A stretch of 64,000 bases of DNA. Origin: Squalus acanthias (lineage: Eukaryota). Numbering within the stretch: the first letter of the stretch is position 1; every line of letters starts with the position of its first letter. The translations under genes were made by a program, and so were the position numbers. The stretch lies in contig CM059432.1 of assembly GCA_030390025.1 (NCBI GenBank), positions 121,522,001-121,586,000 on the forward strand, read 5' to 3'. Below the pieces are notes generated by a model. It made no database searches. It was not told the origin of the DNA and worked only from the letters and a program-made list of their open reading frames with translations. This document shows, one piece after another, positions 12,480 through 25,510 of the stretch.

Positions 12480-13985
12480 AAAAATTTGTTCATGGGATGT
12501 GGGCGTCGCTGGCAAGGCCAGCATTTATTCTCCAGCCATAACTGCCCTTGAGAAAGTGGTGGTGAGCTGCCTTCTTGAACCGCTGCAGTCCGTGTGGTGA
12601 AGGTACTCTCACAGTGCTGTTAGGGAGGGAGTTCCAGGATTTTGACCCAACGACAATGAAGGAATGGCGATATATTTCCCAGTCAGGATGGTGTGTGACT
12701 TGGAGGGGAACTTGGAGGTGGCGGTGTTCCCATGTGCCTGCTGCCCTTGTCCTTCTAGGTGGAAGAGGTCGCGGGTTTTGGAGGTGCTGCCGAAGAAGCC
12801 TTGGCGAGTTGCTGCCATGCATCTTGTAGATGGTACACACTGCAGCCATGGTGCGCCGGTGGTGGAGAGAGTGAAAGTTTAAGAGGTTGCTTGGAGTGCC
12901 AATCACATGGGCTGCTTTGTCCTGGATGGTGTCGAGTTTCTTGAGTGTTGTTGGAGCTGCACTCATCCAGGCAAGTGGAGGGTATTCCATCACACTCCTG
13001 ACTTGTGCCTTCTATATGGTGAAAAGGCTTTGGGGAGTCAGGAGGTGAGACACTCGCCACAGAATACCTAGTCTCTGACGTACTCTTGTTGCCACAGTAT
13101 TTATGTGGCTGATCCAGTTGCGTTTCTGGTCAATGGTGACCCCCAGGATGTTGATGGTGGGGGATTCAGCGATGATAATGCTGTTGAATGTCAAGGGGTG
13201 GTGGTTAGACTCTTGCTTGTTAGAGATAGTCGTTGCCTGGCACTTGTGTGGCGCGAATGTTACCTGTCTCTTATCAGCCCAAGCCTGAACTACGTCCAGG
13301 TCTTGTTGCATGCGGGCATGGACTGCTTCATTATCTGAGGAGTTGTGAATGGTGCTGAACACTGTGCAGTCATCAGTGAACATTCTAATTTCTGACCTTA
13401 TGTTGGAGGGAAGGTCATTGATGAAGCAGCTGAAGATGTTTGGGCCTAGGACACTGCCCTGAGGAACTCCTGCAGTGATGTCCTGGGGCTGTGATGATTG
13501 ACCTCCAACCACCACAACCATCTTCCTGTGTGCTAGGTATGACTCCAGCCAGTGGAGAGTTTTCCCCCCCGATTCCCATTGACTTCAGTTTTACTAGGGC
13601 TCCTTGATGCCACACTCGGTCAAATCCTCCCTTGATGTCAAGGGCAGTCACTCTCACCTCACCTCTGGAATTCAGCTCCTTTGTCCATGTTTGGACCAAG
13701 GCTGTAATGAGGTCTGGAGCCGAGTGGTCCTGGCGGAACCCAAACTGGGTATCAGTGAGCAGGTTATTGGTGAGTAAGTGCTGCTTGATAGCACTGTCGA
13801 TGACACCTTCCATCACTTTGCTGATGATTGAGAGTAGACTGATGGGGCGGTAATTGGCCGGGTTGGATTTGTCCTGCTTTTTGTGGACAGGACATACCTG
13901 GGCAGTTTTCCACATTGTCAGTTAGAAGCCAGTGTTGTAGCTGTACTGGAACAGCTTGGCTAGAGGCACGGCTAGTTCTGGAGCA
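12480..13985 (-). mobile_element. 5'-truncated CR1/L2-group LINE (RT and 3' end), a different family from the 4571 element
   Basis: NYRPISLLS, QFGFR, ALDIKGGFDRVWH, GVPQGSVLGP, MFTDD. Tail CTGGCCTTGCCAGCGACGCCCACATCCC. Confidence 0.88.
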
Positions 13986-14964
13986 GAAGTTGATTGTACT
14001 AATTAATTTCTTAAGAGTTTTGACAGTACAGGGAAAACAGGTTTCAAAATTTCAGTTCCTATTTCCAGTTACGTCATTGCAGCTATTAAGCACTTTCGGG
14101 AGATCATTATAAATTATTTTGTCACTAGACAGCGGTGTCAAAAATTTAGCTGCTGCTGGATAAAAGATGAAAAACAAACCTTCAAATTATTTTATCATGC
14201 CTTCTATTTTTTCCCCCTCTCAGTAGAGGGCAAGATGACACTAACAAACAGAAAGCCTCTTTTTACGATCAAAAATATACTTCCGCTTAATCTCCTACTA
14301 AACCTTTATGATGTGTTGGCTTTGCATGGGGCTTTAAACCGAGATCCTGACTCTTGGGTGTTAAAATTTATGATGGGAAGACAGCAGGCTTGGTATCCAG
14401 GAAGGATGAGGTCAAATGGGCTGAAGGCCTTTCTTCATCTGAACTGATCTTGTCAGAAACTATATAAATGTTGTACCTTTACAAAAATCTCTGTTTAAAA
14501 AGCCGTTCTGTGTTGTTCAATTCTAATAGTGCTCGAGTCAGCAGTAGGTACTCTCCTGACTCATTATTTGGTCACAAGAGCTGCTAATGGCTGCTACTTT
14601 ATTTTTATCCTCCCTCCACCGCACCCCACCCTCCCCATGCTGCTCTTTTGCTGGGGGTTGTGCACCAGTTTGTCCTGCAAAAAGAGAATGCAGGTTATGC
14701 TTGCAGTTTATCATTGTGTTTAAAATGATAATGTAGAGGTGGTGTGCAACAGATGAGGGTGCCAGATTGGCACAGCATGTTTGGGAGCTGTGCTGATTCG
14801 GGAGCTGTGTAGCCATGTGCACTGCAGATTGAGTGATGGAGATGCCCCTTAAGCCGAGTTCAGCCTGAAGTGCCACTTCTGTGAGTGCTGCTTTCAGAGA
14901 GTTTTGGCTGTGGTGGTACTCAATGTGGACAAGGAAGAAAGGGAGAGCATGGTGAGTATCTTAC

Positions 14965-15190
14965 CTTTCTATGCCTGGTCAGGTCATTGCATTTTTTCCA
15001 GCATTGCTTGGCCATTCCTGGGGTCACAGAGGTAGAACTCAGTGTCTTTGCCACCTCCTTCCATGTACCATGGCTGAATATTCAGGCAGGATTGGCCTAC
15101 TTGGAGCCCAGGAGATGAACACGCCTGACCGCAATATCATCGAAGAGGGCCTGCCGGTTTGCTTCTGCAGATTTGCAGGTCTTTCTCCGG
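14965..15190 (-). pseudogene. Isolated Harbinger Myb/SANT exon 1 remnant
   Basis: ALFDDIAVRRVHLLG...WKEVAKTLSSTSVTPGMAKQCWKKCNDLTRHRK followed by a GTAAG donor, at the same intron position as 48690 and 59381. Confidence 0.65.
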
Positions 15191-17945
15191 CCAGACTTGC
15201 TTGGTGTCTTCTAGCTGCTCATTTTTCTCTCTTTGAAAATGGAAATGCTGTTGAGATGCTGGAAATGCTCTGAATGAAGTTATTGTTTTAAAAATTACTG
15301 AGAAAATGTAATCTGCCACTTACCCACCACTCCCCAGCCTCATTCGGAACAATAGCAGCTGTTCCATGTTGTTATAGCACTGCATCTGGGGCGCCAGTTG
15401 GTTACACAGAATTTTCATGGCTTCCTGGGAACCATAGGAAATTATGGTCTAAGTTCTCATGCAAGATTGGTGTGGAAACCAACGTAAATCACAATGTAAT
15501 ATTTTGTAAGTGTGATCCAGGAAATTCTGGGCCATTGTGATTTTCACTCTCTGCCTGTGGAAAGAAGTACAATATCAGCTTTCACTTCCTGACAACAAAT
15601 TCAGATAAAGCAAGAGGCTAGTTCAGACTTAGTTAACAAGGAGTTAGCAGGATTCAAGATAAGAAGGTTAAACCTATGGAGGTTGGAACCAATATATATC
15701 GGCTGAACAAGCCTGTTAACCTCAGTTGAAATTCCCTAAAAAGATGAGCTTAACATAAATTTGTAAACATAAATAATTAGCTGTGTAAATATGCTGACTC
15801 ATCATGAAAACAAGTTGGGGCGATTTTGGCTGTGAGGAGAGTCACAGAGTTAAAAGGTATCTTGTGAAGAAACATCTTCATTTAAGGTTTCCTAGTCCAG
15901 ACATCAGGAAACTGTGAGCCATAACTAAATATACACTAAGGAGAGACATATTTTTGCTGTTGTATGTTAGTACTGAAGTAGAGAGCAGTTTCAGTAACAC
16001 CTGCATAAACAGAATATGATTTCTATAATCTCAAAGGTGTTATGCATTAGCCAGCAGAATATTCTATGTCATCACAGTATGGGGCAAGCAACACTATTAG
16101 AATAGCAAAGAAAGATGGATAAATGAGCAATGATTTATGGGACCCAGCCTCTGCTTTACGCCTTTCCATTCACGCTTGGCTAAGATTGGAAATTCTTTTG
16201 AAGGATTGCAGCTACACCAATACATTGTATCACTGGACCAGCACTCATTTTGATTTTTCACTGAACACCTTCTTTCTTCATCATTTCCACTTCATCATTA
16301 GATGTCATTATATCGATCCTCTTTCAGTGAGGATAGCAGAATGCACAAAGACCTTCGTCGAGACGACAAAGCCATTTTGTGTCGATCAGTGAAGTGCTTT
16401 CACTAATTGCATACCACATTATGTGTAAAGTACAGTTCAATATTTCCCTTCTGCAAGATATTCCATTCTTTGAAGAAACTCACTGACCACTCCAGCCAAA
16501 AACATTTCACAAATCATTCTATATGAAACTGCCAACCTCAATGAAAAGCAACCTCAGCACTCGGGCAGATTCCTGGAGAGGTGTAAAATGGATCCTGTAA
16601 CCACTGTATAATCAAGCATTCTCTTAAGCTACTTTTTAATGATGCCTAAAGGGACTCATTGCTACGGTTCTGTACTTGTGTGCAGCTGAGACTGACAATA
16701 GACATGAAAGCTCACCTATATAGGTGGCATATAACAATGTTTTAGACTTCCAGAAAAAAAAAGCTTGGTGTAAGTTATGCACTGGAAATTTAAAATTATG
16801 CTTAATATTATGTAGTGCTGTTCTACTCACGACATTGTGCATGGAGCTTGAGGATTAGAATTGCAGATCATTCATGGGCAATTTGTGAGCTTACTGTCAG
16901 ATCACAATGTAATGTATGAAACCACAGGAGCATTATATAGGCTTCACTATGGTCTGGCACTGGACCAGAATTGTCAGGGCTGCATATTGAACACTGCCTA
17001 CTTGACCCGGTCAAATTGATATCAACTGAACTCTATCCAATGCTTTTTCGCCTGGGCAAGTGGACATTGTGGGCTGTTAGAACCACATATCTTCTCGGTC
17101 AGGACACCCATCAAACAATTAGAAATTGTAGATGTTCTAGTCACGATCTTCCAAAATTCTCTTGATTCAGGAATTGTCCCCTTGGATTGGAAAATTGCCA
17201 ATGTCACTCCATTATTTAAGAAGAGTGGGAGAGATAAACAAGGAAATTATACACCTGTTAGTCTAGTGTCTGTTATGGGGAAGTTAATGGAATCTGTTAT
17301 TAGGGGCAGAGTGACTGAGCACTTGGGTAAACGCGAACTGATCAGAGAGAGCCAGCATGGGTTTGTAATGGGGAAGTCATGTCTAACGAACCTAGTTGAT
17401 TTTTTTGAGAAGATAATGAATGTGGTAGATAAAGGAGTCTCTATGGATGTTATTTATATGGACTTCCAGAGGCATTTGATAAGGTTCCACATAAAAGATT
17501 GTTAACAACAATGAAAGTGCATGGAATTAGAGGCAATCTATTGGCTTGGATAGGGAATTGGTTAGGAAGTAGGAGACAGAGAGTAGGGATGATGGGAATG
17601 TACTCAAATTGGCAGGATGTGACTAGTGGTGTCCCCCAGGGATCTGTACTGGGCCTCTGCCTTTCACTGTATTTATAAATAACTAAAATGAAAGAATAGA
17701 GAGCTGTGTATCCATGTTTGCTGATGACACCAAGTTAGGTGGCACAGTAAATAGTGTAGATTGGAGCAGAAAGTTGCAAAGGGACATTGATAGAATAAGT
17801 GATATATACTAAATGGTACAATTTTAAAGGGGGTGCAAGAACAGAGAGACCTGGGGGTGTTTGTGCACAAATCGTTGAAGGTGGTAGGACAGGTTAACAA
17901 AGCAGTTAATAAAGCATATGGGACCCTGGGCTTTATAAATAGAGG

Positions 17946-19136
17946 TCATGATGCGGAGATGCCGGTGTTGGACTGGGGTGGACAAAAATGAGAAGTCGCA
18001 CAACACCAGGTTATAGTCCAACAGTTTTATTTGAAATCACAAGCTTTCGGAGCTTACACCCCTTCCTCAGGTGAAGTAAAGAAATACAGAATCGACAAAG
18101 CATATATAGATAGAGAACAATGCATGTGTAACTTACAATGGCAGACGACTACATTTAAATCATCCTGACTGTTTATCTGCTGAGGTGTGACAAAAGGCAA
18201 TCAGGTCAGCCAGGAAGGTACCACATCAAAGACATAGCAAGATACAACTGAGACAATGAGGTGGAGTCACAGGGGGTCCAATGTGTCAAAAGCCGCAGTC
18301 GGTATGGGAAACGATAAACTTTAAAATTTTTACTTTTTTACTGGGAATCACATCTGTGAACAAGCCAACGACGACTCGAGTCTGGATCACGTCATGTATC
18401 GTGACATAAACCCAAGATCCCGGTTGAGGCCGTCCTCATGAGTGCGGAACTTGGCTATCAGTTTCTGCTCGATGATTTTGCGTTGTCGTGTGTTTCTAAG
18501 GTCGCCTTGGAGAACGCTTACCAGGCAATCACCAGGCAGGAGTGTTCCCTCCCAGTCGGGGAACACTTCAGCAGTCAAGGACATTCAGCCTCGGATCTGC
18601 GGGTAAGCGTTCTCCAAGGTGGCCTTAGAAACACACGACAACGCAAAATCATCGAGCAGAAACTGATAGCCAAGTTTCGCACTCATGAGGACGGCCTCAA
18701 CCGGGATCTTGGGTTTATGTCACGATACATGACGTGATCCAGACTCGAGTCGTCGTTGGCTTGTTCACAGATGTGATTCCCAGTAAAAAAGTAAAAATTT
18801 TAAAGTTTATCGTTTCCCATACCGACTGCGGCTTTTGACACATTGGACCCCCTGTGACTCCACCTCATTGTCTCAGTTGTATCTTGCTATGTCTTTGATG
18901 TGGTACCTTCCTGGCTGACCTGATTGCCTTTTGTCACACCTCGGCAGATAAACAGTCAGGATGATTAAATTTAGTCGTCTGCTATCGTAAGTTACACATG
19001 CATTGTTCTCTATCTATATATGCTTTGTCGATTCTGTATTTCTTTACTTCACCTGAGGAAGGGGTGTAAGCTCCGAAAGCTTGTGATTTCAAATAAAACT
19101 GTTGGACTATAACCTGGTGTTGTGCGACTTCTCATT
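17946..19136. mobile_element. Penelope-like element insertion with inverted-arm structure
   Basis: GIY-YIG C-terminus PVGEHFSSQGHS..EQKLIAKFRTHEDGLNRD. Near-perfect inverted arms 17985-18522 and 18602-19139. 14-bp TSD TTTATAAATAGAGG (17932-17945 and 19137-19150). Confidence 0.9.
19049..19086 (+). ncRNA. Minimal hammerhead ribozyme motif (mirror copy at 18037-18074 on -)
   Basis: TCAC-CTGAGGA-A-GGGG-tgtaag-CTCC-GAAA-GCTT-GTGA. This gives the CUGANGA and GAAA cores, helix I TCAC/GTGA, helix II GGGG/CTCC and a palindromic AAGCTT helix III. Confidence 0.75.
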
Positions 19137-19221
19137 TTTATAAATAGAGGCATAGAGTACAAAAGCCAGGAAGTTATGCTGCACTTTTATAAAACACGAG
19201 TGTGGCCCCAGCTGGAATATT

Positions 19222-20036
19222 GGGGGCAATTTTTGCCAGCCCTGGGGAGGCGGGTATGGAGGCGGGACTGCCGGAAAATGGCAGAATTTGGGGGCAGGTG
19301 CCCAACCTGCCTCCATGTCATCTTCCCAGAAGGCGGGTAGCCGTCCCGCGACAGGACCCGTCTCCTTGGAGGCAGAAAGGGATTAAAGCCTATTTAACTG
19401 CCTGTTAACAGGTAGTTAACAGGCAGAAAATAGGATTATCCCTTTTTTGCCCTCAAGTGCGGGCTTCCCGAACGCTCCTAAACCCGCCAGCTCAGTGAGG
19501 CGAGTACTGGGTCTGCGGGGGTCGGGTGGGGGGGTGCAAAAGTGTGGTGTGAAGGTAAGTGATGGGTGCAAGAGTGTAGAGGTGAGTATCTGAGGTAAGT
19601 GCAAAGTGTTTTTAAAAGTGTACTTACCTTTGTTTCTTCCTGCAGGCTTCAGTCTGTTTGTATGCGGAGAGTCTCGGACCTCCGTGTTGCAGATGAGAGA
19701 TAGCCGTTGCATTCTCAGATGCAACAACCATCTCATTTCTGTAAAAGAAAGAAGGTTGATGAGGTCTTGTATGCAAGAACTCATCAAACTGCAGAGAATG
19801 TCACTGTTTGACTGCTTCACAGAGCTGTCAAACAATGACAATTCATCTGTCAAAAATTTTTGACATGCTCTGCAACTGGCTTTCCCTTGATTGGCCTGCT
19901 AAGCCCGCTGGGCGGGCTTAACAAGGTCAATCAAGGGAAAATAGCGTGGGTTGGCCACAAATCAATGGAGGCGGGACATCGACCTGACAAGCAGCTGTCC
20001 CGCTTCCAATGCGCCCCCATTCACAAAATCGCCCCC
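19222..20036. mobile_element. Harbinger-type MITE inside CR1
   Basis: TIRs GGGGGCAATTTT / AAAATCGCCCCC with a 3-bp TSD ATT. CR1 resumes (GAATATT|GTGTCC). Confidence 0.85.
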
Positions 20037-20580
20037 ATTGTGTCCAATTCTGGGCACCACACTTTAGGAAGGACATGAAGGCTTTGGAGAGGGTACAGAA
20101 AAGATTTACCAGAATGGTTCCAGCGATGAGGGATTGCACTTACGTGGATAGACTGGAGAAGCTGGGGTTGTTTTCGTTAGAGCAGCGAAGGCTAAGAGGA
20201 GACTTGATAGAGGTGTTTAAAATCATTGGGGATTTAGATAGAGTAAATAAAGAGAAAATGTTTCCAATGGCTGACGGTCGATAACCAGAGGGCCCAGATT
20301 TAAGGTGATTGGCAAAAGAACCAAAGGCGACATTAGGGAAAACTTTTTTATGCAACGAGTGGTTAGGATTTGGAATGCACTGCCTGATAGGGTGGTGGAT
20401 ACAGATTCAATAGTAGCCTTCAAAAGGGAATTGGATAAATACTTGAAGGAGAAAAAATTTCAGGGATCCGGGGAAAGAGCGGCAGGAGTGGGACTAACTG
20501 GATTGCTCTTTGAAAGAGCCGGCACAGACTCGATGGGCTGAATGGCCTACTTCTGTGCTGTACTATTCTATGATTCTATG

Positions 20581-21412
20581 AGTCTAAGTGAGTGGGCAAA
20601 ACCGTGCCACATGGATTTCAATGCGGGGAAGTGTGAGGTCATCTGCTTTGGACCAAAGAAAGAGAGATCAGAGTTCCAAATGGCGAGAAGTTAGGAACTG
20701 TGGAGGAGCAGAGACATTTATGGGTCCAAGTACAGAAACCACTAAAAGCTAGTGGACAGATACAAAAAAATAATTTTAAAAGCTAATGATATGTTAGCCT
20801 TTATCTCAAAGGGGCTGGAATACAAAGGGGTGGAAGTTTTGTTAGCTATATAAAGCTCTGGTTAGACCCCATTTAGAGGACTGTGTTCAGTTTTGGGCAC
20901 CTCAGGAAGGATATATTGGCCTTAGAGAGGGTGCACCGTAGATTCACCAGAATGATACCAGGGCTAAAAGGGTTAAATTATGAAGACAGGTTGCATAGAC
21001 TAGGCTTGTATTCCTTTGAGTATAGAAGATTAAGGGGTGATCTAATTGAGGCATTTAAGATGATTAAAGGAATTGATAGGGTAGATCGAGAGAAACTATT
21101 TCCTCTGTTGGGGGAGTCTGGAACAAGGGGGCATAACCTTAAAATTGGAGCTAAGCCTTTCATGGGTGATGTCAGGAAGCACTTCTTCACACAAAGGATA
21201 GTGGAAATCTGGAACTCTCTCTCCAAAAAGCTGTTGAGGTCAGGTCAATTGAAAATTAAAAAAACTGAGATTGATAGATTTTTGTTAGACAAGGGTATTA
21301 AGGGTTATGGAACCAAGGCAGGTAGATGGAATTCAGGTAGAGATCAGCCATGATCAAATTGAATGGTGGAACAGGCTCGAGGAGCTGAATGGCCTACTTG
21401 TTCCAGTGTTCC
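20581..21412 (+). mobile_element. CR1 3' fragment
   Basis: LRKDILALERVHRRFTRMIPGL...KHFFTQRIVEIWNSL and a CR1 3'UTR. Confidence 0.85.
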
Positions 21413-21581
21413 TAATCAAAACCAAACCTCACTGCTCTTTTTATCTCAGGATTCTCTCCTTGTCAGTGTCAGTATCACTTGTTCAGGAACAAGAAAGGCT
21501 CAGTCTGGTCTGAACAATACTCAGGATTCAATCATCATTCGTCTGATTCTTGCAATGTAGCCTTGTAAAATCAAAACATTT

Positions 21582-22170
21582 AGGGCAAAAAATTCAGGGG
21601 CTTTATACTACCCATTACCGGCAAAAAATGGCGTAAGAGCAGCAGCACAAAGTAAACTTTCCAATCCAATATTATACATCTATCCATCCAATATGACCTA
21701 AAGAAATCAACTCATCATCCTTATGCATTCTCTTAGTGACTGTCTTGTGTGTGCCTTTGTCTATCCTTCTGATGTCATGCAGTGCTACCCCAGAGCCTAC
21801 AGCATGGCTGGTGGAAGGCTGCTGACTTTAAGTGGGGAACGCTGCAAATGGCCTTGCTGGTGGACCTTGAGGAGCTGGTGGCCGGGAGTGTCAAACCAAT
21901 CTTCTTCTTCATTCTCCGCTGGAGTTGTGGCGAGGGGAGGGTGACAAAGCAAAAGGTGCATCCGAGAAGGAGGATAACATATGAGGATACCAGCATCTTG
22001 TATCCTTTCAGCTACGCTGCTGGCCAAGGGCTCAGCCATGCCCATGCCAAGAATGGCCAGCACCACCTCCTCCAAGGGGGGAGGAGGTGCGGCTAGGAAT
22101 GGAAGATGTTCCTCGTGATTGGTACACATTGTTGGAAGGTGAGTGATTGGCGAGGGAATCGTGCATTGAG
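21582..22170 (-). mobile_element. Degenerate Harbinger fragment (terminus + Myb gene 3' end)
   Basis: GGGCAAAAAATTC terminus-like start. 21715-21900 resembles the Myb C-termini at 3500-3663 and 57716-57900. Confidence 0.5.
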
Positions 22171-22184
22171 AAGTGTGCAGTTTT

Positions 22185-23628
22185 TTTAAAATTCATTTCT
22201 GGGATGTGGGCATTGCTGGCAAAGCCAGCATTTATTGCCCATTCCTAATTGCCCTTGAGAAGGTGGTGGTGAGCCGCCTTTTTGAACCGCTGCAGTCCGT
22301 GTGCTGAAGGTACTCCCACAGTACGGTTAGGGTGGGAGTTCCAGGATTTTGACCCAGTAACAATGAAGGAACGCCGATATATTTCCAAGTCAGGATGGTG
22401 TGTGACTTGGAGTGGAACTTGCAGGTGATGGCGTTCCCATGCACCTGCTGCCCTTGTCCTTCTAGGCGGCAGAGGTTGCGGGTTTGGGAGGTGTTGTTGA
22501 AGTAGCCTTGGCAAGTTGCTGCAATGCATCTTGTAGATGGTACACACTGCAACCACGGTGCACCAGTGGTGGAGGGAGTGAATGTTTAAGGTGGTGGATG
22601 GGGCACCAATCAAGCGGGCTGCTTTGTCCTGGATGGTGTCGAGCTTCTTGAGTGTTGTTGGAGCTGCACTCATCCAGGCAAGTGGAGAATATTCCATCAC
22701 ACTCCTGACTTGTGCCTTGTAGATGGTGGAAAGGCTTTGGGGAGTCAGGAGGTGAGACACTCACCGCAGAATACCTAGCCTCTGACCTGCTCTTGTTGCC
22801 ACAGTATTTATGTGGCTGGTCCAGTTAAATATCTGGTCAATGGTGACCCCCAGGATGTTGATGGTGGGGGATTTGGTGATGGTATTGCCATTGAATATCA
22901 AGGGTCAGTGGTTAGACTCTCTCTTGTTGGAGATAGTCATTGCTTGGCACTTGTGTGGCGCGAATGTTACTTGCCACTTATCAGACCAAGCCTGAATATC
23001 GTCCAGGTCTTGCTGCATGTGGGCATGGATTGCTTCATTATCTGAGGAGTTGTGAATGGAACTGAACACTGTGCAGTCATCAATGAACATCTCCACTTCT
23101 GACCTTATGATGGAGGGCAGGTCATTGATGAAGCAGCTGAAGATGGTTGGGCCTAGGACATTGTCCTGAGGAACTCCTGCAGCGATGTCCTGGGGCTGAG
23201 ATGATTGACCTCCAACAACCACCTTCCTTTGTGCTAGGTATGACTTCAGCCAGTAGAGAGTTTTCCCCCTGATTCCCATTGACTTCAATTTTACTAGGGC
23301 TCCTTTATGTTTCACTCGGTCAAATGCTGCCTTGCTATCAAGGGTAGTCACTCTCCCCTCACTTCTGGAATTCAGCTCTTTTGTCCATGTTTGGACAAGG
23401 CTGTAATGAGGTCTGGAGCTGAGTGGTCCTGGCAGAACCCAAACTGAGTATCGGTGAGCAGGTTATTAGTAAGTGAGTGCTGCTTGATAGCACTGTTGAT
23501 GACACATTCCATCACTTTGCTGATGATAGCGAGTAGACTGATGGGGCAGTAATTGGCTGGATTGGATTTGTCCTGCTTTTTGTGGACAGGACATAACTGG
23601 GAAATTTTCCACAATGTCGGGTAGTTGG
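22185..23628 (-). mobile_element. CR1/L2-group LINE, second copy of the 12480 family
   Basis: Colinear with and highly similar to 12480-13930, with the same RT motifs and tail. Confidence 0.88.
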
Positions 23629-23829
23629 TAGGAGACTGCATTTGAAGATGCATTCACTGACCTTGACCAGTGTCTGAGGTCATGAAGCTTCTTTGGGCAC
23701 TGGAGCCAGGTGGTGGGGCGACACTAGTGGCAGTGACGGCCTAGGTGATGTGATCCAACATTGTTCTTTCTGGAGGGCCTCCTGGACTCTGGGTAGAGGA
23801 CCTCTCTTACAGTGTTGATCCAGAGAGCG

Positions 23830-24800
23830 GAGCAGTTAAAAGGAGCAGTCCCGAGCGGCAGCAGCTCAACAGAGGCAGTTTTTGAAAAAGTGACGTCAGA
23901 GTAAAAAAAGTGATGTCGGCACAAGGGAAGGAGCTGATTGGTGAGTAGCTGCTGAGTGTATTTTATTTGAAGTTTATAAGTTTATTTCTGCTAAGTTAGT
24001 TAATAGCCTATAAAATAGAGGGAAAGAGCTGATTGGGGAGTAGCTGGGGAGTGTATTTTGTTTATTTCTGCTGGGTTAGTTCTTCATCTATTAAATAGAG
24101 GCATGGCAGGGCAGCTCAGTCCCGTGGAGTGCACATCCTGTGCCATGTCGGAAGTCCTGGACGACCACATGTGCGAGAAGTGTCGCCAGCTACAGCAACT
24201 CGAGCTCCGGGTTTCGGAGCTTGAGCGGCGGCTGGAGTCACTGCGGTGCATCCGCGAGGCTGAGAGTTACATGGATAGCACGTTTCTAGAGGTGGTCACC
24301 CCACAGCTTAAGAGTATGCAGAGTATGCAGGCAGAGAGGGAATGGGTGACCGCCAGACAGAAGAGGAGGACCAGGCAGGTAGTGCAGGAGTCCCCAGAGT
24401 GCATCGCGCTCTCCAAACAGTATTCTGTTCTGAGTACTGGTGAGGGCGATGGTTCCTCTGGGGAGTGCAGCCAGAGTCAAGTCCACAGCACCACGGGTGG
24501 CTCAGCTGCACAGTGGGGGAGGAAAAAGATTGGAAGAACAATAGTGGTAGGGGATTCGATAGTTAGGGGATCAGACAGGCATTTCTGCGGCCGTAGATGT
24601 GACTCCAGGATGGTATGTTGCCTCCCTGGTGCCAGGGTCAAAGATGTCACTGAGCGGCTGCAGGGCATGCTGAGGGGGGAAGGGTGAACAGCCAGAAGTC
24701 ATGGTTCATATCGGTACCAACGACATGGTCAGAAAGAGGGATGAGGTCCTGCAGGCAGAGTTTAGGGAGCTATGAGAGAGATTAAAAAGCAGGACCTCAA
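23830..24800 (+). mobile_element. CR1 5' fragment (5'UTR + ORF1)
   Basis: ORF from ATG 24103: VECTSCAM..HMCEKC, IVVGDSIVRG, CCLPGARV, VHIGTND. Homologous to 9540-10157. Confidence 0.85.
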
Positions 24801-25510
24801 GCCGCGATATTGGCTCGCAGCGCCCCAAGAGGGACGCGGGACGCTTCCAGTAGCGCCCCTCCTCCCTCTCGGGGCTCTACCTCGGAAAATCGTCTGCGGG
24901 GGCGCTAGCTTTTACGGGGCGCTAAAACCGGCGAAGGTAGGTGCTACCCAATTTTTACCCCATGACTCTGAGTATGATCCCTGCACAAAGCTGAACTGCT
25001 GCGTGTGAAACCCTGGGTGCCCCTTCCTTGGCTTGCTAAGCCATTTGTGTTAGTGCTGAAGCACTTTTCCCATTCTGAGGCTCGCAAGGGAATTCACCTT
25101 TAAGTGCTGAAGAATCCCATTTGGGACTTCTTGTTAATGTTAATTTTTTATTGAAAGACAGTAAGGGCTGAAAGCGGCATTTTTTCACTGCATGGTAATT
25201 TTTATTAGTTCTGAATGCATTGCCCCTTTAATTCATAGTCCCTTTAATTGCCCACAATGCCTTGTAACACCACAGCCTCACTCCCACAGGCTGTAAGAAG
25301 CTACAACGCCGACTGTGGACGGGAACTTCGGGTCAGAGGCCTCCATTAATGCCACCAGGAGGGCATTGCACGGTAAGTTAGCGCTGCGCTACACATCGCC
25401 AGCCCCCAGCGTGAATTTTTGACCGGTAGCGCTGTGGCCATTTTCAGTGGCCGTTAACTCATGTTGCCAGTGACACCCGCAATTCTCTTGGTGAACACGA
25501 ATTTTTCCCC
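24800..25510. mobile_element. Probable Harbinger-type MITE
   Basis: Starts near GCCGCGATATT and ends GAATTTTTCCCC. GC-rich TAGCGC subterminal motifs. It truncates the CR1 fragment. Confidence 0.5.

Larger units (their letters stand above)
17105..20580 (+). mobile_element. 5'-truncated CR1 LINE with nested Penelope-like element and MITE
   Basis: DWKIANVTPLFKK, QHGF, GVPQG, FADD, ERVQKRFTRMVP, FFMQRVV. Tail ATTCTATGATTCTATG. Confidence 0.88.
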
